The translations under genes were made by a program, and so were the position numbers. From an uncultured Mycoplasmatota bacterium (GTDB lineage: Bacteria; Bacillota_I; Bacilli_A; RF39; UBA660): a DNA stretch of 64,000 bases. The stretch's first letter is position 1. Every line of letters begins with the position of its first letter. Shown here in pieces: positions 29,450 through 36,809 of the stretch. The notes under the pieces are model-generated. The model made no database searches and was not told the DNA's origin. It saw only the letters and a list, made by a program, of their open reading frames with translations. The DNA lies in NCBI GenBank assembly GCA_900552235.1, contig URYZ01000001.1:177-64176 (forward strand), given 5' to 3'.

Positions 29450-30016
29450 TTAATTAGCTAATAATTCATCTGGTAATTCTATATTATTACTTTTAGTAAG
29501 TTCCTTACCTATATTATTATTAACATATTTTTTAAAATTATTATATACAGATGTAGCCCATTCTTCATTTGTCATAACTAGGAAAATAACATTTCCACTA
29601 TTTGTTATATATAACTTATCAGCACTAACACAAATCCACATATCCATATCAATATTATCTAACATTTCTTGTTTCATTTTTTCTACATTAGCACCATCTT
29701 TAACTTTAACAACTGACAATAAATAAGCTTGTGATGTCATAGTTGGAATAGAAACAACTAATGCTTCAACATCTTTATTAGACTGTAACCCTGTATAAGC
29801 AGTTACTTCATCTTCATTTTTAACATTAATTACAGATGTAGCAAGTTCTGGTAAATCTACTTGCTTATAAATAGTTTTAATCATACTTTTAATATTGCTT
29901 ACACTGTTAATTGTACCTGTTCCCTTTTTATTATTAAATAAAAATAATACTACTCCTACTAACACTACTAATACTAAAATAGATATAAAAACTAATTTTT
30001 GTTTATCTTCTTTCAT
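29450..30016 (-). CDS. Hypothetical membrane-anchored protein (DUF4358-like)
   Basis: It has an N-terminal TM helix followed by a soluble domain of about 150 aa. Its family is uncertain. Confidence 0.3.
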   Translation of the reverse strand: MKEDKQKLVFISILVLVVLVGVVLFLFNNKKGTGTINSVSNIKSMIKTIYKQVDLPELATSVINVKNEDEVTAYTGLQSNKDVEALVVSIPTMTSQAYLLSVVKVKDGANVEKMKQEMLDNIDMDMWICVSADKLYITNSGNVIFLVMTNEEWATSVYNNFKKYVNNNIGKELTKSNNIELPDELLAN

Positions 30017-30107
30017 TACTTATCCTCACTTTCTTTATTATATTTCTATTATATCAAAAAAAAATAATATTTCCAATTGTTTTTTAATAATTACATAATA
30101 AAAAGGC

Positions 30108-30455
30108 CTATGACCTTTTTATTTCGTTGTCTTTACTTATAATAACATTATTATCCAATGACTTTGGTGTATAATTTATTATATTTTGATTCTTTAACAA
30201 ATCATATATTGTAGGAGCCCCAATAAAACTAAAAATAGCCACCCAAATTCCACTTATTGTATCTAAATTATAAAATGTTTTAGAAAAGAAAACACCAAAT
30301 GTTAAAGATAATATTATATTAATTAACCATATTTGACATTTACTTTTAACTATTGTAGTTAATTTTATTTTTTGAATCAAAGCCATTAAAACAACAGATA
30401 ATACTGCACTTATAGATAAAAGATCTAATAACTTATCTGGGATAAATCCTTCCAT
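30108..30455 (-). CDS. Small 3-TM membrane protein (holin-like topology)
   Basis: It is 115 aa with three hydrophobic helices. No motif was recognised. Confidence 0.3.
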   Translation of the reverse strand: MEGFIPDKLLDLLSISAVLSVVLMALIQKIKLTTIVKSKCQIWLINIILSLTFGVFFSKTFYNLDTISGIWVAIFSFIGAPTIYDLLKNQNIINYTPKSLDNNVIISKDNEIKRS

Positions 30456-30463
30456 AAACCTCC

Positions 30464-30775
30464 TTATTTTATAGGTATGTTATCTAGTTTCTTTATTAAA
30501 TCTTCAATAATATCACAACATTCAAGTTTCTTATACACTTCATACATATCTATAATATTTTGTTTTTCATATATACTTATTTCTTTTTTTTCAATTAATA
30601 AATTATATTGTTCTATTATATTAGACTTTAACATAACAATAACACCCTTATTAGTGGCATCAAGTGTTTTTTTATAATTTTTTATAGTTTTTACAAAATA
30701 TGTTAAAAATGAAAATATTAATCCAAATAAAACCTCTATCCAATACTTTAATATAAACTCTATAATAATAACCAC
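30464..30775 (-). CDS. Hypothetical 103-aa protein with an N-terminal TM helix
   Basis: It is an ORF only. Confidence 0.3.
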   Translation of the reverse strand: MVIIIEFILKYWIEVLFGLIFSFLTYFVKTIKNYKKTLDATNKGVIVMLKSNIIEQYNLLIEKKEISIYEKQNIIDMYEVYKKLECCDIIEDLIKKLDNIPIK

Positions 30776-30860
30776 CTCTAGTATATATTATGAAATATTA
30801 AATATATTGAATAGAATAAGTATAATAAAAAATATAGCTAAATTAATAGCTACATTTATT

Positions 30861-31454
30861 TTATTCGTTTGTAAATGTAAAACGAGCAGAAATATTAGAA
30901 TAAGCAGTTCCATTTTGAGGATAAGATGAAAATACACCAGCACTTGAGCCATTACTATACTGAGAGCCACGTGAAAACCAAGGACTAGGAGAAACCACAA
31001 TTCCAAAATTATCATTATACCACCCATTTGTTTCTGTTAAAGCGTGGCCTTGATATGATGATGTTGTATAATTGTTGAAATATTTATCATTAGGGAATGT
31101 AGAAGAAGTAAAGCCTGAACTTCCTATAGTTTTTGAATAACTACCCATAACATAATCCCATGCTCCTCCACTCATATCATATATTCCATATATATTTCCT
31201 GTTGTTGATGCTCTCATTCCAAAAGCTGTATCATAAGAATTTGTTGTTGCTCCGGTATATGAACTTCCTGCTTCTGCACCTATTCCTGTTATATAAGTAC
31301 TATTATTATTTATTCCTACTTCAGTACTTACAAATCCAAAACTATTCCCTGTTTGTTCCATACTTCTACTTGCAAAAAAGAAATTACTTACACTATTATA
31401 CCTTAAACTCTTTACGCTTGGTTTTATTATTATTCCATTAGCATTACTTAACAC
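30861..31454 (-). pseudogene. 5'-truncated paralogue of the FGE/SUMF1-like (C-type-lectin-fold) C-terminal domain; GTG start immediately after an in-frame TGA, with no RBS or signal peptide
   Basis: NANGIIIKPSVKSLRYNSVSNFFFASRSMEQTGNSFGF...IYGIYDMSGGAWDYVMG...GHALTETNGWYND...WFSRGSQYSNGSSAGVFS...ISARFTFTNE is about 70-90% identical to residues about 372-622 of CDS 33577..35445 and to 62632..63909. The FGE motifs IYDMSGxxWE and RGGS-W are recognisable. Confidence 0.55.
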
Positions 31455-31493
31455 TCAAATATTTAATAATTAGACTTATTAACATTTTTCAAA

Positions 31494-31524
31494 ACTTCCC
31501 GCAGGATTTCACCCTGCAGGGAAG
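31494..31524 (-). other. GC-rich hairpin (11-12 bp stem with one bulge) immediately after the orphan repeat copy
   Basis: The minus strand reads TGA-TTTTT-CTTCCCTGCAGGG-TGAAAT-CCTGCGGGAAG-TTTTG. Confidence 0.6.
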
Positions 31525-31530
31525 AAAAAT

Positions 31531-31709
31531 CATAATCCAAGTGTATATGGATTACTTTCAGTTCCATCACCACCAGTGATTTGTACTGCAGATGTTAGAT
31601 AAACAACTGGCCTGACCGCAAAGTGGTAGGCGCCGACGTTGTTGTTGTTAACGTTCCCATCCGAATTGACATTGAACGCATTGTTACTGTTACTGCTATT
31701 CTGGGGCAA
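31531..31709 (-). repeat. Orphan repeat copy: DGR-like template-repeat (TR) candidate rich in AAC/AAT codons
   Basis: In-frame translation gives LPQNSSNSNNAFNVNSDGNVNNNNVGAYHFAVRPVVYLTSAVQITGGDGTESNPYTLGL*. It has no start codon. It is homologous to the 3' end of CDS 31858..33390, and the differences there are at its adenines. Confidence 0.6.
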
Positions 31710-31820
31710 TCAAACATACCTTATATATATAAATAATTTAATTATAACTTTTATTATTATAATTAATTATATATACCTTTACTACTTCTTTTTATAATTT
31801 ATACTTATTAACAATTTTTT

Positions 31821-31851
31821 TACTTCCCGCAAGATGTTACCTTGCAGGGAA
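31821..31851 (-). other. GC-rich hairpin immediately after the stop of CDS 31858..33390 (VR-flanking), with compensatory base changes relative to the 31494-31524 copy
   Basis: The minus strand reads TAG-AATAG-CTTCCCTGCAAGG-TAACAT-CTTGCGGGAAG. AAG/CTT here corresponds to AGG/CCT in the other copy. Confidence 0.6.
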
Positions 31852-31857
31852 GCTATT

Positions 31858-33390
31858 CTAAACACCAAGTTGATATGGATTACTTTCAGTTCCATCACCG
31901 CCAGTGATTTGTACTGCAGATGTTAGATATAGGACTGGCCTGACCGCAAAAGGGGTGATGCTGACGTAGAGGCGGTTGTAAACGTTCCCATCCGAATGGA
32001 CAAGGAACGCATCGCTACTGCCACTGCTACCCTGGGGCAATAACCATTCAGTTTCTTTTATATTATATAACCAGTTTGTATCATTACATGCTCGTAAATC
32101 TGTTGTTTCTGTATCATTTAATTTCTTTGTTTCACAATTAGCGCTTGCATATCCATAATCACTTTCATACATTAATGCTAGTTTTCCAACCCAACTATTT
32201 GGATTTGTAGAGTAATAATAATCACTTCCACTTATCTTTCTTTCATAACTATACATATCTTGTGATGTTTGAGAAGTAGCATTATATCCACCTAAATAGT
32301 ATTTTGAACTACTTATCATACTTTGTGCTTCACTTGTTAACGTATTATAATAATCTCCATTTAAATAGGTATTTAGTGTTGCTGGTCTTGCCCAATTATT
32401 TGTACAACTAGAACACTGTTCAGGTGCAGTCATCATAATATTATATTTGTCTTTTTCTTCTAAATATTTAACTTTTATTTTATTGTCATCTTGTAATAAT
32501 AATAAATTATCATTTTTACTATCATAATTATATGCTGTTGTTCCATCATCCCAAGAATAAGTTCCTATACTTTCGTTTCTTATTAGTTTTATTCTATTTT
32601 CTATGTTGCCATTTTCATCTTCTGTTGGAAATACTCCAATTATTCTCCATATTTCATTATTAAATGTTACATAGTTTTTTGGACTTGCTCCACGATATCT
32701 ATACTCTGTTACACTTTCTGTTGTTCCTATTTGAAGGGTACTATCTGCACTATGAACTATTGTATATAATCCACTATCATTTAGGTTATCTGTTTGTGAT
32801 ATTAATGTTTCTGTTCCTATTGGAATACTTTCTATATTTTGTATTCCATTTATTTTTAATGTAAGAAATATTTTTTGTCCCACTAATGCTTCTTTTGCTT
32901 CATCTTCTAAGTTTCCAAAATCTAACCATAATCTTAATTTATAATTAACTGTATCTTCGACATCTAATGTTACTTTGTCTATTAATCTATTTACATCTTT
33001 TAAATTTACGATTATTTCTTTACTATTATTTTTTAATAATCCTACTTTTATATATTTTTCATTTAATATTGTTCCTGTATAACTTGAATTAGGTTTATCT
33101 ACTAATGATATTTCATAATCTGTTATTGTATTTCCTGTATTTTTTATTGTAAATTCATAATATTCTTCTTGGGCCATTCCTTCATAATCTGTTAATTCTT
33201 GTAAATTATTTAAAACTAGTCCATTTGTACTTTCTGTTAATGTAAAATTTACTACTCCTGTTTTTATAATATGATTTTTATTTGTATTTATTGTATTTTC
33301 ATATATTGCAAATGTTGTACCTATTACAATTGATGTTACTCCTAATAAAGTAAGTAACATTGCTATTTTTCTTTTCATATTTTCTTTCAT
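31858..33390 (-). CDS. Secreted protein: SipW-type signal peptide plus TasA/camelysin-like N-domain, with a C-terminal DUF1566/Lcl-like C-type-lectin-fold domain carrying the candidate DGR variable repeat (VR, about 31860-32039)
   Basis: The N-terminus MKRKIAMLLTLLGVTSIVIGTTFAIYENT...IIKTGVVNFTLTES...NLQELTDYEG...EYYEFTIKNTG aligns to the TasA N-region (GGGTWAAFND...GTLDLS...NLKPGD...FQFENNGS). The C-terminus ...TEWLLPQGSSGSSDAFLVHSDGNVYNRLYVSITPFAVRPVLYL resembles the DUF1566 W-LP...AVRxV motif. The 3' 180 nt are GC-rich. Confidence 0.7.
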   Translation of the reverse strand: MKENMKRKIAMLLTLLGVTSIVIGTTFAIYENTINTNKNHIIKTGVVNFTLTESTNGLVLNNLQELTDYEGMAQEEYYEFTIKNTGNTITDYEISLVDKPNSSYTGTILNEKYIKVGLLKNNSKEIIVNLKDVNRLIDKVTLDVEDTVNYKLRLWLDFGNLEDEAKEALVGQKIFLTLKINGIQNIESIPIGTETLISQTDNLNDSGLYTIVHSADSTLQIGTTESVTEYRYRGASPKNYVTFNNEIWRIIGVFPTEDENGNIENRIKLIRNESIGTYSWDDGTTAYNYDSKNDNLLLLQDDNKIKVKYLEEKDKYNIMMTAPEQCSSCTNNWARPATLNTYLNGDYYNTLTSEAQSMISSSKYYLGGYNATSQTSQDMYSYERKISGSDYYYSTNPNSWVGKLALMYESDYGYASANCETKKLNDTETTDLRACNDTNWLYNIKETEWLLPQGSSGSSDAFLVHSDGNVYNRLYVSITPFAVRPVLYLTSAVQITGGDGTESNPYQLGV

Positions 33391-33471
33391 AATATCAACA
33401 CCTTATTAACTTTATAAATTAATTATATAAAACACCCTCCCCAGGTTGTCAATATTTTTTATACATTTTAA

Positions 33472-33501
33472 CAAAAAAGACGAAGTTTTAAAGTTCGTCT
33501 T
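33472..33501 (-). terminator. Rho-independent terminator after CDS 33577..35445
   Basis: agacgaagttttaaagttcgtct. The stem is AGACGAA/TTCGTCT and is followed by TTTTTTG on the minus strand. Confidence 0.55.
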
Positions 33502-33576
33502 AAAGTAATTTTTCTTTTTAAATATTATTTTTATTAATTATTAGTAACTCATTCTAAAATCAAAATTTTATTTTGA

Positions 33577-35445
33577 TTATTCATTTATTATTACGAATCG
33601 TGAAGATAGATTTTTGTCTCCTCCTCCAGGAGAACCAATAAAATTAAATATTATTGCTGATAAAGACATATTGTATCCTCCACCTCTATAAAAACAAGGT
33701 TGACTTTTGTCAGCAAAAAATGCAAAAGAACCATACCAATCTTGTGTTTCAGTTAATGCATGACCTGTATAAGATGATCCTGTATATAGATTATAATACT
33801 TACTATCTGGAAACGCTATTCCTGTATAGGTTGTTCCATCACTCAACATTCCTGTAAATCCTGAATTAGAACTAATAGTATATCCTGATCTTGGTTTTCC
33901 ATTTGTATCTGCAAATATTCCCATAACAAATTCATAACTTCCACCTGCCATATCATATATTCCATATATTGTTCCTGTTGTTGAGGCATCTTTTCCAAGT
34001 GTTGTATTATATGCTCCATTTGTTGCAGAATCATTGCTTCCTGCAGGCGCTCCATATCCTGTTATTGTATTTTGATTATTATTAATTCCTACTGCCGCAC
34101 ATGTTGTACTATTAGTGCATCTTCCATATATACTTTGAGTTAAATATGCTACTGCCCCCCATTCATTATTTTTACTCATATGAGTATCTACTTCATCCTT
34201 TATAAATCCAAAACTATTTCCTGTTTGTTCCATACTTCTACTTGCAAAGAAGAAATTACTTAAATTATTATATTGTAAACTTGTTACATTTGGTTTTATT
34301 ATTATTCCATTAGCATTACTACATGTTTCATTTGTACATCCTAAATTATTTTTTGTCGTATTTGATGCTAAAGTTGCATGTCCTGTTTCAAACTTACCAT
34401 ACCAAAATCCGCTTAACTCTTTATTTCCAAAAGTAAATGCATCGATTGCAGGTTCATTTTGTTTAGCAAATGTTACATCTATTGCATTTGGTTTAGTTTT
34501 TGTTCCTCCATTATAATTACTTGGTGTTACAGCTTTAAATCTTGGTATCCATACCCACATTGTATTTATGTCATCCATACTTATTGTTGTACCTGGTGTT
34601 GCATTTAAATAAGTTTGTCTATTTGTATCTTTTACTGTTACAGCATTTGCCCACATTCCTTTATTTTCTCCACTTGATTCATAACTATACCATCTATAAT
34701 CTTTTTGTGAATTATTCTTATCTGCTTTTTTCCATACATTATTTGATTCATCATAATATACTGGAATCATATTTGATGCTAAAACTGGTTTATTTGCTCC
34801 ACTTGTATCTAAATTTTGTTCTATTGTACTTACATTAACTTTAAACTTAAAAGTACAACCTGTTAAAGAAATATTAGTTTTACTATCATCTATTTCTTGT
34901 TTTACTGTATATTTACTCATATTAATATCACTTTTTAACCATACTCTTAATCTATATGTATGTGTTTGTATTTCATTTGAATTATTATACATAAAACTAT
35001 TATTATATATTACTTTAGCATTAGCTATTTTTTTACTATTTCCTAAATTACTTATTAATATAGGATTTACTAATGCATTATCATTACCATCAGTTAAATA
35101 TGCTTTAACATCATTTTCTTCAAAACTATTAGTAGTACTTGTTTTAAGTATAGATATTTCATAATTAATACTCATATCTTTAACTAAATTACTTGCTACA
35201 TTAAACTCAAAATAATTTTCTTTAATTCCTTCTGTATCACTTTTTGGTTCCATATTAGTTATAGATATTTTATCTTCACTTTCTTTATATGTAAATGATA
35301 TTACATCTGTTGATACAAAATGTGTTTTTTGTCCTTCTAATTTTATTTTATAATAAGCATAACTTACTAATATAATACAACTTAATAAAGTTATAAATAA
35401 AGGTATTAATTTTATAAACAATTCTTTTTTATTAACATTTTTCAT
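33577..35445 (-). CDS. Secreted protein: SipW-type signal peptide plus TasA/camelysin-like N-domain, with a C-terminal FGE/SUMF1-like C-type-lectin-fold domain
   Basis: The N-terminus MKNVNKKELFIKLIPLFITLLSCIILVSYAYYKIK...HFVSTDVISFTYKES...ITNMEPKSDTEG...ENYFEFNVASN is TasA-like. The C-terminal FGE-like motifs are IYGIYDMAGGSYEFVMG, GHALTETQDWYG and FYRGGGY...LSSRFVIINE. Confidence 0.7.
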   Translation of the reverse strand: MKNVNKKELFIKLIPLFITLLSCIILVSYAYYKIKLEGQKTHFVSTDVISFTYKESEDKISITNMEPKSDTEGIKENYFEFNVASNLVKDMSINYEISILKTSTTNSFEENDVKAYLTDGNDNALVNPILISNLGNSKKIANAKVIYNNSFMYNNSNEIQTHTYRLRVWLKSDINMSKYTVKQEIDDSKTNISLTGCTFKFKVNVSTIEQNLDTSGANKPVLASNMIPVYYDESNNVWKKADKNNSQKDYRWYSYESSGENKGMWANAVTVKDTNRQTYLNATPGTTISMDDINTMWVWIPRFKAVTPSNYNGGTKTKPNAIDVTFAKQNEPAIDAFTFGNKELSGFWYGKFETGHATLASNTTKNNLGCTNETCSNANGIIIKPNVTSLQYNNLSNFFFASRSMEQTGNSFGFIKDEVDTHMSKNNEWGAVAYLTQSIYGRCTNSTTCAAVGINNNQNTITGYGAPAGSNDSATNGAYNTTLGKDASTTGTIYGIYDMAGGSYEFVMGIFADTNGKPRSGYTISSNSGFTGMLSDGTTYTGIAFPDSKYYNLYTGSSYTGHALTETQDWYGSFAFFADKSQPCFYRGGGYNMSLSAIIFNFIGSPGGGDKNLSSRFVIINE

Positions 35446-35512
35446 AATATATACGCTCCTTTATCTTTCATATTAATTTTAACATATATTTATTATAAAA
35501 AAAAGAACTTTT

Positions 35513-36133
35513 TTAAAATTCTTTCTTACAATATATTTGTAATTTACATTTATTACAACTTGGTTTTTTAGAAGTACAATAATACCTTCCAAATAATACA
35601 AATTGTTTATGTAATTTACTCCATATATTCTTATCAAATTTTCTTTTTAATTTTTCTTCTATTTTTATTACATCATCATCTTTTTTAACTAACCCTAATC
35701 TTTTACTTACTCTTTCTACATGAGTATCTACTGCGATAGTTGGTTCATTAAACAATTCACTTAAAACAACATTTGTTGTTTTTCTTCCTACCATTGGTAA
35801 GTTTTCTAAAACCTTTCTATTATTAACTACTTTACCATTATACTTTTCATCTAATATTTTAGCAATGTTTATAATAGCTTCACTTTTTTTATGATAATTT
35901 CCAAGTTCTTTTATAATATTTTCTATATCTTTTATATTTGCTTCTTTTAATTTTTTTAAACTATCATATTTATTAAATAATACTTTTGTTACTTTATTTA
36001 CTCTAGCATCTTTAGTTTGTGCACTTAACATTACTGCTAATAATAATTCATAATCTTTATTATAATTTAATTCACAAACAGGATTAGGTATTATTTCATT
36101 TAAATAATTTAAAATTTCTTTTTCTTTATTCAT
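35513..36133 (-). CDS. nth: Endonuclease III (DNA glycosylase/AP lyase)
   Basis: The HhH-GPD region LPMVGRKTTNVVLSELFNEPTIAVDTHVERV and the C-terminal [4Fe-4S] motif CTSKKPSCNKCKLQIYC are present. Confidence 0.9.
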   Translation of the reverse strand: MNKEKEILNYLNEIIPNPVCELNYNKDYELLLAVMLSAQTKDARVNKVTKVLFNKYDSLKKLKEANIKDIENIIKELGNYHKKSEAIINIAKILDEKYNGKVVNNRKVLENLPMVGRKTTNVVLSELFNEPTIAVDTHVERVSKRLGLVKKDDDVIKIEEKLKRKFDKNIWSKLHKQFVLFGRYYCTSKKPSCNKCKLQIYCKKEF

Positions 36134-36771
36134 TCTTCATCTAACCAATCATAATCAAATAAATCAATTTTTTCTTCTTTTACTTGTCTTTTTTTAACAA
36201 CATCACTTGGTTTTTTATATCCTTTTTTATTCCATTCATATAAAATTCTATCAATATATTTTAAATTATTAACCCCATTTAAAATAGCTTCTTTTAAAGC
36301 TTCTTTTATTAAGTCTTCACTTATATTAGAATCTAACCAACCTTTTATTGTTTCATATTCAATAGGACTTAAACATCTACCAAATTCTTTTTCTATAACA
36401 TCATATATTGTAGAAGTTTCTTTACTTTCAGTTTCACTTTCATTTAAAATCATAACAATTATTTTATCATATAAACTACTTATATCTAAATATTCCCTTA
36501 TCATCCCTGTTTCTTTTTTATCTGTTACCATAGTTATAATATTTTTAGAAGTTAAACTATCTATAAGTTCCATTATTTCTGGTATACTAAGTGATGTACT
36601 AATAGAAAACTTATTTATATCAAATAATATTTTATCATTAAATGTAATTAAATAAGATAAAAAAATCAACTCTTTTTCACTTATATTAAGTTTTTTATAA
36701 GTTTTTAACAAATAAGAAGGTATTACTATATTATTTGTTTTCATTATATCTAATATATTTTTTGTTTTCAA
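36130..36771 (-). CDS. dnaD: DnaD-domain replication initiation/membrane attachment protein
   Basis: It has a DnaD-like C-terminal domain (...IEYETIKGWLDSNISEDLIKEALKEAILNGVNNLKYIDRILYEWNKKG). The dnaD-nth synteny matches B. subtilis. Confidence 0.7.
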   Translation of the reverse strand: MKTKNILDIMKTNNIVIPSYLLKTYKKLNISEKELIFLSYLITFNDKILFDINKFSISTSLSIPEIMELIDSLTSKNIITMVTDKKETGMIREYLDISSLYDKIIVMILNESETESKETSTIYDVIEKEFGRCLSPIEYETIKGWLDSNISEDLIKEALKEAILNGVNNLKYIDRILYEWNKKGYKKPSDVVKKRQVKEEKIDLFDYDWLDEE

Positions 36772-36809
36772 AAAACATCACTTCCTAACAATTGTTTTTT
36801 ATTATAACA

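Noticed and set aside
30108-30775. Prophage remnant suggested by holin-like small membrane proteins
   Set aside because: There are no terminase, capsid, tail, integrase or lysin genes anywhere in the window. Holin-like topology alone is insufficient.
31494-31851. CRISPR array or other regularly spaced repeat array
   Set aside because: There are only two copies of the hairpin/module. The spacing is filled by coding-homologous sequence, not spacers, and no cas genes are present.
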